Origin: an uncultured virus (IMG/VR IMGVR_UViG_3300043443_000309)
Taxonomy: Duplodnaviria; Heunggongvirae; Uroviricota; Caudoviricetes
Length of the DNA: 64,000 bases
Virus record (IMG/VR): IMGVR_UViG_3300043443_000309
Reading direction: 5' to 3' (one strand)
Part shown: positions 41,028 through 51,408 of the stretch, one piece after another
How the letters are laid out: each line of letters starts with the position of its first letter
Position numbering within the stretch: the first letter of the stretch is position 1
The notes under the pieces: model-generated
The model's database searches: none
What the model saw: only the letters and a program-made list of their open reading frames with translations
What the model was told of the DNA's origin: nothing
Position numbers and translations under genes: made by a program

Positions 41028-41642
41028 ATGGCATTCTGGACTGATGGTACGTTAAAAGATCCAAAGAGAAATTATAGGTTTGTTGTTGAGTTGCTAGCCT
41101 ACCCAAACGGCGCTACTTGGTACGCCAAGACAGTAGATAAGCCAAAGTTCAACATCACATCAACATCTCACATTTTCTTGAACCACACATTCAACTACCC
41201 CGGTAGAGTAGAGTGGCAAGATGTATCTGTAACTTTGGTCGATCCAGTTCAGCCAGATGCCGTTGCTAATACAATGGCCATTATCAGTAATGCTGGCTAT
41301 AAGATCCCCAATGCTCCTACAGGTGATCAGCTTAGCACTATCTCCAAGGCCCGTGCTATTGGCGCACTGAAGGGTGTAGTTATCAAGCAAATTGGTTCTG
41401 AGGGCGCAGACGACATTCAAGAACAATGGACCTTGAACAATGCTTTTATCACAAACATTGATCTTGGTAACTTGGATTACAGCAACGAAGAGTTGTCCAC
41501 AATTGGTTTGACAATCAAGTACGATTGGGCTACATGCTATCTACCAGAGGGTTCTGCTGTTGACATTTCCGGTCAACCCGCTGGTACTTCCGGCTTCAAG
41601 TCACTTGAGAACACATTCTTTACAACTGGCCGCGTAAACTGA
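41028..41642 (+). CDS. Tail tube protein (gp19-like)
   Basis: PKRNYRF, YPGRVEWQDVSVT, W.L.NAFI...LG.LDY and LTIKYDW motifs; follows the sheath; late motif at 40999. Confidence 0.88.
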   Translation: MAFWTDGTLKDPKRNYRFVVELLAYPNGATWYAKTVDKPKFNITSTSHIFLNHTFNYPGRVEWQDVSVTLVDPVQPDAVANTMAIISNAGYKIPNAPTGDQLSTISKARAIGALKGVVIKQIGSEGADDIQEQWTLNNAFITNIDLGNLDYSNEELSTIGLTIKYDWATCYLPEGSAVDISGQPAGTSGFKSLENTFFTTGRVN

Positions 41643-41664
41643 TAAGATAAACTGAGAGGTAAAA

Positions 41665-42498
41665 TTGTCTAGAAATAATCAAAGCAGGCTGTCTGCACAA
41701 CAGCCTGCTTTTAGTGTTGAACCTGTAAGTGCAATGCCGCAAACTCACATTACTGTTTCTGTCCCAACTGAGTTTGTGCAGCTTCCATCAAAAGGTATCT
41801 ATTATCCACCTGACCATCCTTTACATAATAAGGATACTATTGAGATAAAGTACATGACGGCCAAAGAAGAAGACATTCTTACTTCCGAAGCGTTGATCAA
41901 GAAAGGATTGGTATTAGAAAGACTTATCGATAGTATTATTGTTGATAAGTCAATTGATCCCGGTTCTCTACTCGTAAGTGACCGTAGTGCTATTCTGATT
42001 GCTGCAAGAGCATCGGCATACGGTAATGATTATGAGGCCGCTGTAAGCTGTCCACACTGTTCAGTAAAGAATGAGATCTCCTGTGATCTATCTTTATTTG
42101 AACCAACATACCACGAAGTAGTAGAAGACATAAGAGTAACCAGCAATGGTACTTGTGTTGTTCGATTGCCGAAGTCTGGTAAGTCTGTAGAGTTCAGAAT
42201 GTATAACGGTTATGACGAAAGAAATGCAATGAATACAAACGACAAAGTTGTTATCTCAAACCAAGTAACCGACCAGCTTAAGAGAATTGTATTGTCAATT
42301 GATGGTAGCCAAGACATCGGAGTTATTCATGCCTTCATCATGAACATGCCAGCTTTTGATTCAAGGTATCTTAGGAAGGTAATCAAACAAGCTACACCTA
42401 CTACTGAACTTCGCCACAAACTATCTTGCTCAGCATGTAAACAAGAATCGGTCGTGGAGGTACCGATTGGTGTAAAGTTTTTTTGGCCTGACTTCTAA
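41665..42498 (+). CDS. Baseplate hub / tail assembly chaperone (gp26-like)
   Basis: LPSKG..Y, MTAKEEDIL, two CxxC pairs and C-terminal FFWP; lies between tube and tape measure. Confidence 0.8.
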   Translation: MSRNNQSRLSAQQPAFSVEPVSAMPQTHITVSVPTEFVQLPSKGIYYPPDHPLHNKDTIEIKYMTAKEEDILTSEALIKKGLVLERLIDSIIVDKSIDPGSLLVSDRSAILIAARASAYGNDYEAAVSCPHCSVKNEISCDLSLFEPTYHEVVEDIRVTSNGTCVVRLPKSGKSVEFRMYNGYDERNAMNTNDKVVISNQVTDQLKRIVLSIDGSQDIGVIHAFIMNMPAFDSRYLRKVIKQATPTTELRHKLSCSACKQESVVEVPIGVKFFWPDF

Positions 42499-42673
42499 GT
42501 ACATCCAAGGTGTCTATGAAGAGATGTTCCAACTGAAGTATTATGGTGGGTTCTCGATCTTCGAAAGTTACAACGTCCCAGTTCCCATTCGAAGATGGTT
42601 TTTGAAAAGGCTAGCCGACCAGATCAAATCAGAAAACGAACAAGTAGAGAAAGCTAAAAAACAAAAGAAATAA
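42485..42673 (+). CDS. Overlapping +1-frame ORF (gp51-like; likely frameshift extension of the chaperone)
   Basis: GLTSKYIQGVYEEMFQLKYYGGFSIFESYNVPVPIRRWFLKRLADQIKSENEQVEKAKKQKK; begins at a T7 run; not in the ORF track. Confidence 0.7.
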   Translation, partial: GLTSKYIQGVYEEMFQLKYYGGFSIFESYNVPVPIRRWFLKRLADQIKSENEQVEKAKKQKK

Positions 42674-42676
42674 TCT

Positions 42677-42702
42677 AAGACCGCTGTTATGGCGGTCTTT
42701 TT
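42677..42702 (+). terminator. Intrinsic terminator
   Basis: aagaccgct-gtta(t)-ggcggtctt followed by a T-tract. Confidence 0.8.
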
Positions 42703-42732
42703 GCTTTTGAACTATTTATCTAGAGGTGCTGT

Positions 42733-43074
42733 ATGACAAACGAAGAAAATGTTATTGATCTCCGAGAAGTAAAAAAGATGTTTGCTGGTAATCAACTAAA
42801 CGAAGCATTGGCTGATGCTATGAGTTGGTGGACTAGCACTTTACTAAAAGCAACCTATGGCTCAAAAGGTGTAGAAATTCCTTTTCGTTTGGCTGGCTCT
42901 CGGGATGAACTTGCTTCGTTGGTAGCTGCATTGGGTCTTGAACGTCGCTACATGGCAGATGCTCAGAGATACGGCCTTACAAACCCTGTTACTTATAGAA
43001 CGAAAACTGTTCTGCAATCTGCTATTAACAGTTTCGAATCCACAACAGGCATTCCTTGGCCCTTCAAAAACTAA
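42733..43074 (+). CDS. Hypothetical protein
   Basis: Late motif at 42711 and GAGGT SD. Confidence 0.6.
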   Translation: MTNEENVIDLREVKKMFAGNQLNEALADAMSWWTSTLLKATYGSKGVEIPFRLAGSRDELASLVAALGLERRYMADAQRYGLTNPVTYRTKTVLQSAINSFESTTGIPWPFKN

Positions 43075-43094
43075 TAAATAAGGGACAACTATAG

Positions 43095-45263
43095 ATGGCA
43101 CCATCAACTACAGCCGCCGAACGGCTGGCGAATGCACAAGCAGCAGAGGCAGAGGCACAAGCTAATAAAGCAGCCGCTGATTCTATGGCAGAGCTTTTGG
43201 AGGCCGAAAAAGAATTAGCTATAGCTACATTAGAACTGACAAGAGCACAGCTAGAACACGAAAAAGCTACAACTAATGACGCTAATGAAATTGCGCGCCT
43301 GAACGCTCTAATAGACGATAATAGGAAAGCACTCAAAGAAGCAACCCAAGAACAAGAAAATTATAATAATTCTTTGCAAGCTGGTGCGAGCTACGGTAGT
43401 CAATTCGCAAGTTCATTGGGTATTGTCGATAGCCAGATGTCTAACCTTCTGGATAGCGTCGGTAAGGGAACTTTTAGTCTAACTGGATTTGCTAATGGTC
43501 TAAAATCGTCTATTAGCCCCGGTAAAGTTGCTGCCGCCGTACTTCAAACTTATGCCGATGCAAACTTACAATTATTCAACTCAATACAAACCGTCACATC
43601 AGAACTAACAAAAGCTTACGGTTCACAGCAAACACAGAAGATAATTGGTTCTGTGAATTCTATCGAACGAGGCTTGAGAAAATTCAACATTGGTTATGAA
43701 GAAACTGCTATGGCAGTTGAAAGTTTGAATGTTGGTGTATCTGATTACATTGATCTATCTGATGAGCAAAGAGAAGGCTTAGCACGCGATTCGGCTCTTA
43801 TGACAAAGTTTGGTGTTTCAAACCAAGAATACTCTTCAACAGTTCAAGAGATGACAAAAGCTTTTGGCGACTCAGTTGAAGGCGCTCAAGAAAACATGAG
43901 AGAGATGCGCTCTTTCTCTAATAGTATTGGCAAGTCAACTAAGGAAGTCATGTCGGACTTTACAAAAGTTCAATCTTTCTTGGCTCAATACGGCTCAAAC
44001 TACGAAAAGATCTTCCGCAGAATGGAAGTTATTACAAGAAAGACCGGCGTTGCAATTGAAGATTTGCAAGCCATAGCACAAGGTTTTGATCAATTCGAAG
44101 GTGCTGCTGAATCCGTTGGTAAGTTGAATGCTCTCCTTGGTGGTCCGTTCCTGAATACTATCGACATGTTGAACACTGAAGATCCAGCGGAGCAAATACT
44201 AAAACTAAAGCAAGCATTTGATTCGGCAGGTAAATCTGTAAACTCGATGTCTAGAAGAGAGATGCAAGCTTTTGCTGCTAGCATTCCCGGTATCAATGGT
44301 GACATCGGTAAGATGAGAAAACTATTCGGTCAGTTAGATTCTGGTATACTGGATAGCGCAGATGGTATCAACGAATTCCTAGAAGGCTCAGAAGATTCGA
44401 CTACCTCAATGGAACAACAAGCAGCAGCAACAATGACTATGAGCGACAACATCGCTGCGATGCAAAAGAACTTCGCGGAAGCTGCTGAATCTATGAAACC
44501 AATGGTTGAAAACCTGACTAAGATAACAAATGCAATGGTAAATTTGGGACAGAATACTTTTACCTTTTTTGCTGGTATTGCCAAAGTATTCTCTAAACTT
44601 AGTTTCTTATGGGATTTTACAGGAAAATTACTTGAAGCTGGTGAGTTCATGGCGGGTTTCGGTAAAAATGTTTTCAAACTCGGTGATACTCTAGGACATG
44701 TTTTCGGTAAGAACCTTCTTAAGAGAATTCCCGGTATAAGTTTACTCATGGGCGTAGTGTCTGCTATAAGTCGGGTAATGAATGGAGACATTTCAGGAGC
44801 AGTTGCAGAATTAGCAAGTGGAGCACTTTCTACTTTTCTCCCCGGTCTTGGAACTGCTGTTAGCATGGGAATCGATGCAGCATTATTAACTTCTGATGCC
44901 TACGGTGGAACTATCGGAGAAAACGCTTACGCCCTCGCGTCTTGGGCGGGGTCGGGGTTGATGGGGTTGATGGGGTACGGTGGAGAAGAAGCTGAACCAA
45001 CTGAAATGGCCGCTGGTGGCGTTGTTACAAGCGAAGTTCGAAATGTAACAATCGGTGAAGCTGGTAAAGAAGCAGTATTACCTTTGGAAACAAATACAGA
45101 CTATCTTGTTGAACCATTTGCAAAAGCTATGAAAGCTGCTATGCCAGCAATGGCTGGTGCCGGTGGCACTCCAAACATAAACCTAACTGTAGTACTTGAA
45201 GGTAGAGAGATGAGAGCTTTTGTCAAGAGTGTTGTAGCTGACACTCTAAACCCATACAAGTAG
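43095..45263 (+). CDS. Tape measure protein
   Basis: Ala-rich helical protein with hydrophobic Gly-rich segments and a MAAGGVV...IGEAGKEAVLPL motif; downstream of tube and chaperone. Confidence 0.85.
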   Translation: MAPSTTAAERLANAQAAEAEAQANKAAADSMAELLEAEKELAIATLELTRAQLEHEKATTNDANEIARLNALIDDNRKALKEATQEQENYNNSLQAGASYGSQFASSLGIVDSQMSNLLDSVGKGTFSLTGFANGLKSSISPGKVAAAVLQTYADANLQLFNSIQTVTSELTKAYGSQQTQKIIGSVNSIERGLRKFNIGYEETAMAVESLNVGVSDYIDLSDEQREGLARDSALMTKFGVSNQEYSSTVQEMTKAFGDSVEGAQENMREMRSFSNSIGKSTKEVMSDFTKVQSFLAQYGSNYEKIFRRMEVITRKTGVAIEDLQAIAQGFDQFEGAAESVGKLNALLGGPFLNTIDMLNTEDPAEQILKLKQAFDSAGKSVNSMSRREMQAFAASIPGINGDIGKMRKLFGQLDSGILDSADGINEFLEGSEDSTTSMEQQAAATMTMSDNIAAMQKNFAEAAESMKPMVENLTKITNAMVNLGQNTFTFFAGIAKVFSKLSFLWDFTGKLLEAGEFMAGFGKNVFKLGDTLGHVFGKNLLKRIPGISLLMGVVSAISRVMNGDISGAVAELASGALSTFLPGLGTAVSMGIDAALLTSDAYGGTIGENAYALASWAGSGLMGLMGYGGEEAEPTEMAAGGVVTSEVRNVTIGEAGKEAVLPLETNTDYLVEPFAKAMKAAMPAMAGAGGTPNINLTVVLEGREMRAFVKSVVADTLNPYK

Positions 45264-45270
45264 GTGAAAC

Positions 45271-46278
45271 ATGCAAGGTTCTTATGATCCTAGTCCAATA
45301 CTGCATTATGTAAAAAAGAAAGGCTATGCAATACAATTTTATCATGTGCCTACCGATTCTTCTGTAGCCTTTCCAGCCTTTCTAACTTCCTTCACGGAGA
45401 CTTATAACTCTAACTGGAATCCTGTTTCTGTATTCGGTAGAATGGATCCTATCTATAGCTTCCAGCAAACCAGTAGGTCTATCTCTTTTGCTATTGACAT
45501 TCCAAGCGCAGATGTAGCAGAGGCAAAAGCAAATCTTGAAAGTGTTAGATTTCTGACCAAGTTTCTGTATCCTACATACCAAAACAAAAGAAATGCTACG
45601 ACAATCTCAAAAGCTCCACTTATTAGGATAAAGTTTGTAAATCTGATTGGAAGAGGAGCAGATGGTAATGGTGGTGGGTTACTTGGAAAGATACAAAGCG
45701 TGAATGTCAATCCGGACATACAAGCTGGTTTCTTCGATCCTCAACAGGTATTGTATCCTAAAATCTTGAAGCTCGACATCACACTTGATGTAATACATGA
45801 ATCCAATCCCGGTGGTTGGAGTATCGTCCCCACAACACCAACTAAAAAACCTGAAACTAAACCAACCTCGGATGACCCAAAACTTGGATCCCCAATGGAT
45901 CTTTTGTCAGATGATCCTGCTGAGACTGCTAGGAGTCTTAAAGAAGCAAGGTATAATAAAACCTATTCTAACGAAGAAGAGCGCCGCGCCGCAGTAGACG
46001 AATACCTTGAAAAACGAAGAGGATTAACCAATCAGCCGCCCGTTAGCCCGATAGAGGATACTAGCGTAGGTGAGGCAGAAATACCTACTCCGTCAAATAC
46101 AGAAAGACCGGGAGGAAGAATCATAGAGGATCCTGAAGAGCCATTAGATTTAGATCTCGGACCAGAACCAAGATCTGATGACGGTCTTGGAAGCGTCAAT
46201 GACATCCTAAATGGAAAAAACTCCAATGCTCAGATAAAATTCGAAGATTCTGATTTTGAAGGTATTTGGGATTTCTAG
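45271..46278 (+). CDS. Baseplate tail-tube initiator-like protein
   Basis: FPAFLTSFTETY..NW....FGRMDPI..FQQTSR motif; acidic Pro-rich tail. Confidence 0.6.
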   Translation: MQGSYDPSPILHYVKKKGYAIQFYHVPTDSSVAFPAFLTSFTETYNSNWNPVSVFGRMDPIYSFQQTSRSISFAIDIPSADVAEAKANLESVRFLTKFLYPTYQNKRNATTISKAPLIRIKFVNLIGRGADGNGGGLLGKIQSVNVNPDIQAGFFDPQQVLYPKILKLDITLDVIHESNPGGWSIVPTTPTKKPETKPTSDDPKLGSPMDLLSDDPAETARSLKEARYNKTYSNEEERRAAVDEYLEKRRGLTNQPPVSPIEDTSVGEAEIPTPSNTERPGGRIIEDPEEPLDLDLGPEPRSDDGLGSVNDILNGKNSNAQIKFEDSDFEGIWDF

Positions 46279-46306
46279 GATCCACACATGAAGGTAGAAC
46301 AATAAA

Positions 46307-47185
46307 ATGTCTTATAATTCATTACCAATAGCAAACTACTCCGAACAAAAAGGATACAATGTGTACTTTACACATGTACCAACCGGTAGGCAAGTTTACT
46401 TCCCAGCATTTCTAAAATCTTATAGCGACGGCTATACTTCGCAATGGGGAACAGATACTGTTTTCGGCAGAACGGATCCTATTCATCTTTTTCAACAAAC
46501 CACTAGAGCAATCAATTTTAGTATCGAAGTACCAAGTGCCAGCGAAGATGAAGCTAAAAGAAATTTAGTGCTTGTCCGTAATCTGGCTAGGTTTTTATAC
46601 CCAACCTATCAGAAAGTAGAAGTGGCCCGTGTTATAAATGACTTCCCATTAGTAAGAATTAAGTTTTCTAATTTGATTGGTAGAGGAGCCGCAGGTATTG
46701 GCAGTGGACAATTGTTAGGCTTTATTCAAAGTGTTGGGATTACCTTCAATACAGAAGCTGGTTTTTTCGATCCGGCGAAAGCATTATACCCAAAAGTATT
46801 CGAAGTTTCTATTTCCTTTACCGTTCAGCATGATGAGGATCCTACAGCTATGATGTCGCCAGAAACAGATAGCGGAGATCCCTACGCTGATGAGAAGGAT
46901 ACTACAACAGCCCTCGATAATAAGGAAGCTAATGCTGCTACTCGTCAAGATACTTCGGTAGATAGTCCCGCATGGGCTAGAAGACTACAACAGAATTTTA
47001 GCCAAGGTTTGGAAAACGTCGTTAGAGAAGAAATTGGTTTATCTCAACGAGCAAGGCCAGACTATTCTTTCACTGGACAGACTAGAACTGACGTTGAAGT
47101 GGACGATTATTATGCAGCAGCAGACGAAGAAGCAGCTTTAGATGAACAAGTAATGCTTGGTCAGGTTAACTCAAGAAACCAATAA
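46307..47185 (+). CDS. Paralogue of 45271..46278
   Basis: Shares HVPT, FPAFL, FGR.DPI, FLYPTYQ, RIKF.NLIGRGA and AGFFDP...LYPK. Confidence 0.6.
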   Translation: MSYNSLPIANYSEQKGYNVYFTHVPTGRQVYFPAFLKSYSDGYTSQWGTDTVFGRTDPIHLFQQTTRAINFSIEVPSASEDEAKRNLVLVRNLARFLYPTYQKVEVARVINDFPLVRIKFSNLIGRGAAGIGSGQLLGFIQSVGITFNTEAGFFDPAKALYPKVFEVSISFTVQHDEDPTAMMSPETDSGDPYADEKDTTTALDNKEANAATRQDTSVDSPAWARRLQQNFSQGLENVVREEIGLSQRARPDYSFTGQTRTDVEVDDYYAAADEEAALDEQVMLGQVNSRNQ

Positions 47186-47214
47186 ACTATCCTGAATACT
47201 AAATACTATACGGA

Positions 47215-47565
47215 GTGTCTTACATGGGTAGGTATGATAATAGAAGAATAGTTCGCAATCAAGAGTTATCTTATGCAGACATGTTGCAGAAACGTGGAGT
47301 TTCCTACATAGATCAATACGATACTGCTGTAGTAAACCGTATTGTTGTAAACAAGTATCTTCCTATTGACAGAGTACAACACGTTTGGACACAAGGCGAT
47401 AGACTGTGGAAATTAGCAGATAAATACTATGCTGACTCAACCTACTGGTGGTTGATAGCGTGGTATAACGGAAAGCCAACTGAGAATCACTTCCAGCTAG
47501 GAGAAAACATAAACGTTCCTGTTCCGCTGGATCGGGTTCTAGCGATGTATAACGGATTCCTCTGA
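47215..47565 (+). CDS. LysM-like baseplate wedge protein (gp53/tail X-like)
   Basis: HVWTQGDRLWKLADKYY...YWWLIAWYN...GENINVP. Confidence 0.8.
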   Translation: MSYMGRYDNRRIVRNQELSYADMLQKRGVSYIDQYDTAVVNRIVVNKYLPIDRVQHVWTQGDRLWKLADKYYADSTYWWLIAWYNGKPTENHFQLGENINVPVPLDRVLAMYNGFL

Positions 47566-50003
47566 TGCCTACTCCAACCCCAACAACTACAGCCCCAGCG
47601 ACGCCTGCTTCAACTACTCCGACAACGCCTGAGAATGAAGCTCTTAGAACCCCCGGATTCGATGAACAAGCGTTTCTCATGTTTAACATTAACAAATTAG
47701 CGCCTACCCACAAGAATGTCCATCGACAAGTAAATGGAGATTATAGCAAGATTGATTTGCTAAAAGGTAAAAATTCAACTCTTATAAACAAATTATTAGC
47801 CGCAGATTTCTTTAAAAAAGAAGCCGTTCTAAATCTCAGCCCAGCACAAATTTCTGAATTGGTACCGCAGGTAAGGATCTACAAACAAAATCTAAATGCT
47901 GCTTTAGATGTAACAAGTGAAGTAGAGTTTCGTTTTCCCACTTATGTAGAATCCTTACAAGATGTTGGTAGGAATTCTTATGGCTTAACCTCTTTTGACA
48001 TAGAAAGCCAAGGCACAACTTTTTACACAGCAGATAAACAATTCACTGCGAAGATGAGTCTATACTTCCAAACTTTTGATGATTTTGTAAAGAGTCGAGA
48101 TGGGTATAAGTTTGTCGATTTGATTCTACAATCAGAACCTCCCGGTGGCAGTCCAGAATCCATTAGCGCGCCGCCAACATCAGGTGGTGCTACCCGCCCT
48201 CCACTCACTTCTAATTTATCTGCGTTTAGAATAAGGGTTGAGGTAGGATGGTCTATTGGAAGTATTACAGCAAATTCAGCTTTTTCTTCTCGCTATTCAC
48301 GTGAGATGATAAATGCTATTAATAGAACAAAAATCTCTTTCTTTCTTTATCTGACGCATCATTCATTGAACATAAATGATGATGGTACTCTAAATGTTGA
48401 CATCGAATACATAGGAGCATTCGATTTGGCGAGTAGGGATGTAAGAGCGGGCATTATTCTCACAAAGGAACAGAAAGCCGAATTAGATCTTTTATCTAAT
48501 AACCTAAAAATTGCCGTAGCAGCTAACTCAGAAGTTGACATAAAAGATCAGAAAAACGCTTTATTTGAGAAAAAAGGAGAATTTGCTAAAACAGGTTTTG
48601 AATCAATCATGAAAGAGATGCTTGAAGGTAAGCCCTCAATACAAGATTCAAGTTTGAGAACTAGTATGGTTTACCAAACAGCAATCTCTAGGACTATTAT
48701 AGATCAATTCGCACTTGCTGCTGGTAAGACACCTAGCGAGGCTCCCAATACCTCACCTCCTGCAACCCCCGCTGCCGGTATTACTGCTGCCCAGCAGAAA
48801 GCAGCAATAGACATCTGTACACTTCAATGGGAAGCCGAGACTAGAACAGAAGATGGCATAGTTTATCCTTTGTTTAAACCTCTTGTGGGGCCAAACGAAT
48901 CTCCAGTTGATACAGAAACCATGGTATCAAATCCAATTCTAATTGATGAAGTTGGAAATGAATTTTACAATTTGAGTTGGTTTTATCTTGGAGATTTAAT
49001 GGAAGTTCTAATGAATAGAGCTTTTGATGAGACAATGGCAGATGATGAAAAGTTAATTCGTAGTTTTGGAGGAAGTTTCTCAAAAAGAGTAAAAATGATT
49101 CTTTCCGACATTGAGATGATAGAATTTTGTTCTGGAGAACAAGTAAGGATTAATTTAGCTCACATTCCAGTTTCTGTCAGAAAATTTACAACATTCTTTT
49201 ATAGTAAGATTATAACTTCTAGAAATTTAGATTACACAATCGATGACTTTGTTAGAGACTTCCTTAATGATCTGGCAAATGACATCTTCTTGAACCGTTC
49301 GTACATTAGTAACAGAAGTATGAAACAAACTGTTAAACTAAGATACATGAACTTGGCTGTGTATTCTAAGACACCCAAAGTCGATCCACTTCGAAACGGT
49401 AATAGCGATCTTGTTCCGGTAAACTCTGTAAATGCAGGAAAGTTTTTAAAGTCCAATTCGATAGACTCAAATCCTAATGCGTATCACTTCTATTTAATTA
49501 TTTATCAAGACACATTTGATCCAAATCAGCTTAAGGGTGATTATACAACAGACAGAAACATGGGTATACCACACATCTATACCGGTCGAGATAGAGGTAT
49601 CGTAAAGAAGGCATCATTCAAGAGAACAGCAATACCTTACCAAAGAGAAGAAAGAATAGCAGCAGAAGGTAGGGCTTTCGATCCAGTGCTACAACTAGCT
49701 TCTCTATACAATGTCGATCTAGAAACCTATGGTAATACTTTATTTTTGGCGGGTACTTATTTCTATCTAATTCCAACTGGTATGGGTTCTGGTCTAGGGT
49801 TGCCAAACAACCCACGTTCTTATGCAAACATCATGGGACTTGGTGGATACTATTTTGTTCACAAGGTAACGTGGTCTTTGGCTTCTGGCAAATACATAAC
49901 TAACATAGCTTCAATTCATCAGGCAACCGGTGCGCCAAACTCAGTTGCCAATAACGATTTGATTGTACGCGGTGGGCAATCCGTCGCTAGCACAGATGAG
50001 TAA
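47565..50003 (+). CDS. Putative baseplate hub protein (gp27-like)
   Basis: 812 aa; VEVGW, YGNTLF..G and LGGYYFVHKV motifs; follows the LysM-like gene. Confidence 0.55.
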   Translation: MPTPTPTTTAPATPASTTPTTPENEALRTPGFDEQAFLMFNINKLAPTHKNVHRQVNGDYSKIDLLKGKNSTLINKLLAADFFKKEAVLNLSPAQISELVPQVRIYKQNLNAALDVTSEVEFRFPTYVESLQDVGRNSYGLTSFDIESQGTTFYTADKQFTAKMSLYFQTFDDFVKSRDGYKFVDLILQSEPPGGSPESISAPPTSGGATRPPLTSNLSAFRIRVEVGWSIGSITANSAFSSRYSREMINAINRTKISFFLYLTHHSLNINDDGTLNVDIEYIGAFDLASRDVRAGIILTKEQKAELDLLSNNLKIAVAANSEVDIKDQKNALFEKKGEFAKTGFESIMKEMLEGKPSIQDSSLRTSMVYQTAISRTIIDQFALAAGKTPSEAPNTSPPATPAAGITAAQQKAAIDICTLQWEAETRTEDGIVYPLFKPLVGPNESPVDTETMVSNPILIDEVGNEFYNLSWFYLGDLMEVLMNRAFDETMADDEKLIRSFGGSFSKRVKMILSDIEMIEFCSGEQVRINLAHIPVSVRKFTTFFYSKIITSRNLDYTIDDFVRDFLNDLANDIFLNRSYISNRSMKQTVKLRYMNLAVYSKTPKVDPLRNGNSDLVPVNSVNAGKFLKSNSIDSNPNAYHFYLIIYQDTFDPNQLKGDYTTDRNMGIPHIYTGRDRGIVKKASFKRTAIPYQREERIAAEGRAFDPVLQLASLYNVDLETYGNTLFLAGTYFYLIPTGMGSGLGLPNNPRSYANIMGLGGYYFVHKVTWSLASGKYITNIASIHQATGAPNSVANNDLIVRGGQSVASTDE

Positions 50004-50020
50004 CAAAGGAGTGTTCTAAA

Positions 50021-51397
50021 ATGCTTTATAATCTTAGAAATGGAATTGGTAATAGTCTTTTAGATTCGACTACTTATTCGTCTGTGTTCAAAGGTAGTAA
50101 TTCTCTTGGACCAAAAGAAGCATTTAAAGCAAAACAAAAGTATGATAATGATGCTTACTTTTTAACTGCTGAAGAAGTTTCAGAAGAATTTTATACCACT
50201 GAATTGCTCTCGTATAGACCATTTGCACCAGAGGGTGTGTTTAGTCTTTTTAACAAAACAAGACTTCCGTTGTATGGTACAGTAAATGATTTGGTTATAC
50301 CATTGCAACCGAAGAAAGAAAACATTTCTTACTATTTGGAAAATGAGAATGGGTTTAGTGCTTTAGACTTCGTAATGAACTCCTTTATCAACATGAAGAA
50401 GGCATACTCTAGGAGTATCTATGAAAATCAAGTTACATTTAATGGTAGACCATTATCAGATCTTAGTTTATCGAAAGCTAGGGATGATGGACAAAGAGCA
50501 ATACAACAACATTTCGATTCAATTAGCAAAGACTTTATACAAGATTTAGCTAATAATCCGATTACGAGAAAGAAGATAATAACTCCTGAGCATTTTGTTT
50601 CCTATCTAGTTGATAGACTTATCTCCTATTCTAGCATAAAGCTAATAACTTATTCTTCCTTTCTTATGTCAGACAAGATAGACATAAATTTCAATGGGTT
50701 ATGTTTGGACATAGCTTCTATTCCATACGACTCTGATTCAACTAAAGTTAATCAAATTATACTTGATCCTCATTTTTCTCTTTACTTGAATACTGCTAAT
50801 TCATTTGGGTTTGTAATTTCAAAAGAGTATCCATTTAAATTAATTGCTGATCTTGGTTCTCCAAAATTAAGAGAGTCCATTTGTAACTGTGGTACAAACT
50901 ATAGAAATGGAATACAAGTAGATAAAGTAGAGGACATAATAGAATACTATTTTGAACCAGCTTATCTTTATGACTTCCAATACTTGAGAAATCTATTTGA
51001 CATCGTTTATACACACTTCTACTCAACTTATAAGACCGAATTCAGTGATACATACTATAATGGATACATCCATAGAAAAAGAATTAATAGATTTGCTAGC
51101 CAATCAAATACTATAACTTCACTACTAACAGATCAATTATTATTATCATTATACATAAAGATCAAGAATAATGAAATGAGGATTAACTTTTCTGAAGGAT
51201 CAGTTAAGAGATTTTATTCTATTGCTATGTCTATACACAAGATGCATGGTATCGAAATGGCTTTGAAATACATAAATGAAAAGTTTAGAGTTGCGTTGGA
51301 AGTAAGCACGCCTGAAAAGATAGGGTTTGAAAATACTGAGTACTTCGACCTACCAGACGCACTTGCACTTATTAGACTAACACGTTATGAATACTAA
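50021..51397 (+). CDS. Hypothetical protein (very AT-rich)
   Basis: 458 aa ORF with an AAGGAG SD. Confidence 0.55.
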   Translation: MLYNLRNGIGNSLLDSTTYSSVFKGSNSLGPKEAFKAKQKYDNDAYFLTAEEVSEEFYTTELLSYRPFAPEGVFSLFNKTRLPLYGTVNDLVIPLQPKKENISYYLENENGFSALDFVMNSFINMKKAYSRSIYENQVTFNGRPLSDLSLSKARDDGQRAIQQHFDSISKDFIQDLANNPITRKKIITPEHFVSYLVDRLISYSSIKLITYSSFLMSDKIDINFNGLCLDIASIPYDSDSTKVNQIILDPHFSLYLNTANSFGFVISKEYPFKLIADLGSPKLRESICNCGTNYRNGIQVDKVEDIIEYYFEPAYLYDFQYLRNLFDIVYTHFYSTYKTEFSDTYYNGYIHRKRINRFASQSNTITSLLTDQLLLSLYIKIKNNEMRINFSEGSVKRFYSIAMSIHKMHGIEMALKYINEKFRVALEVSTPEKIGFENTEYFDLPDALALIRLTRYEY

Positions 51398-51408
51398 GGA
51401 GAAAGAAA

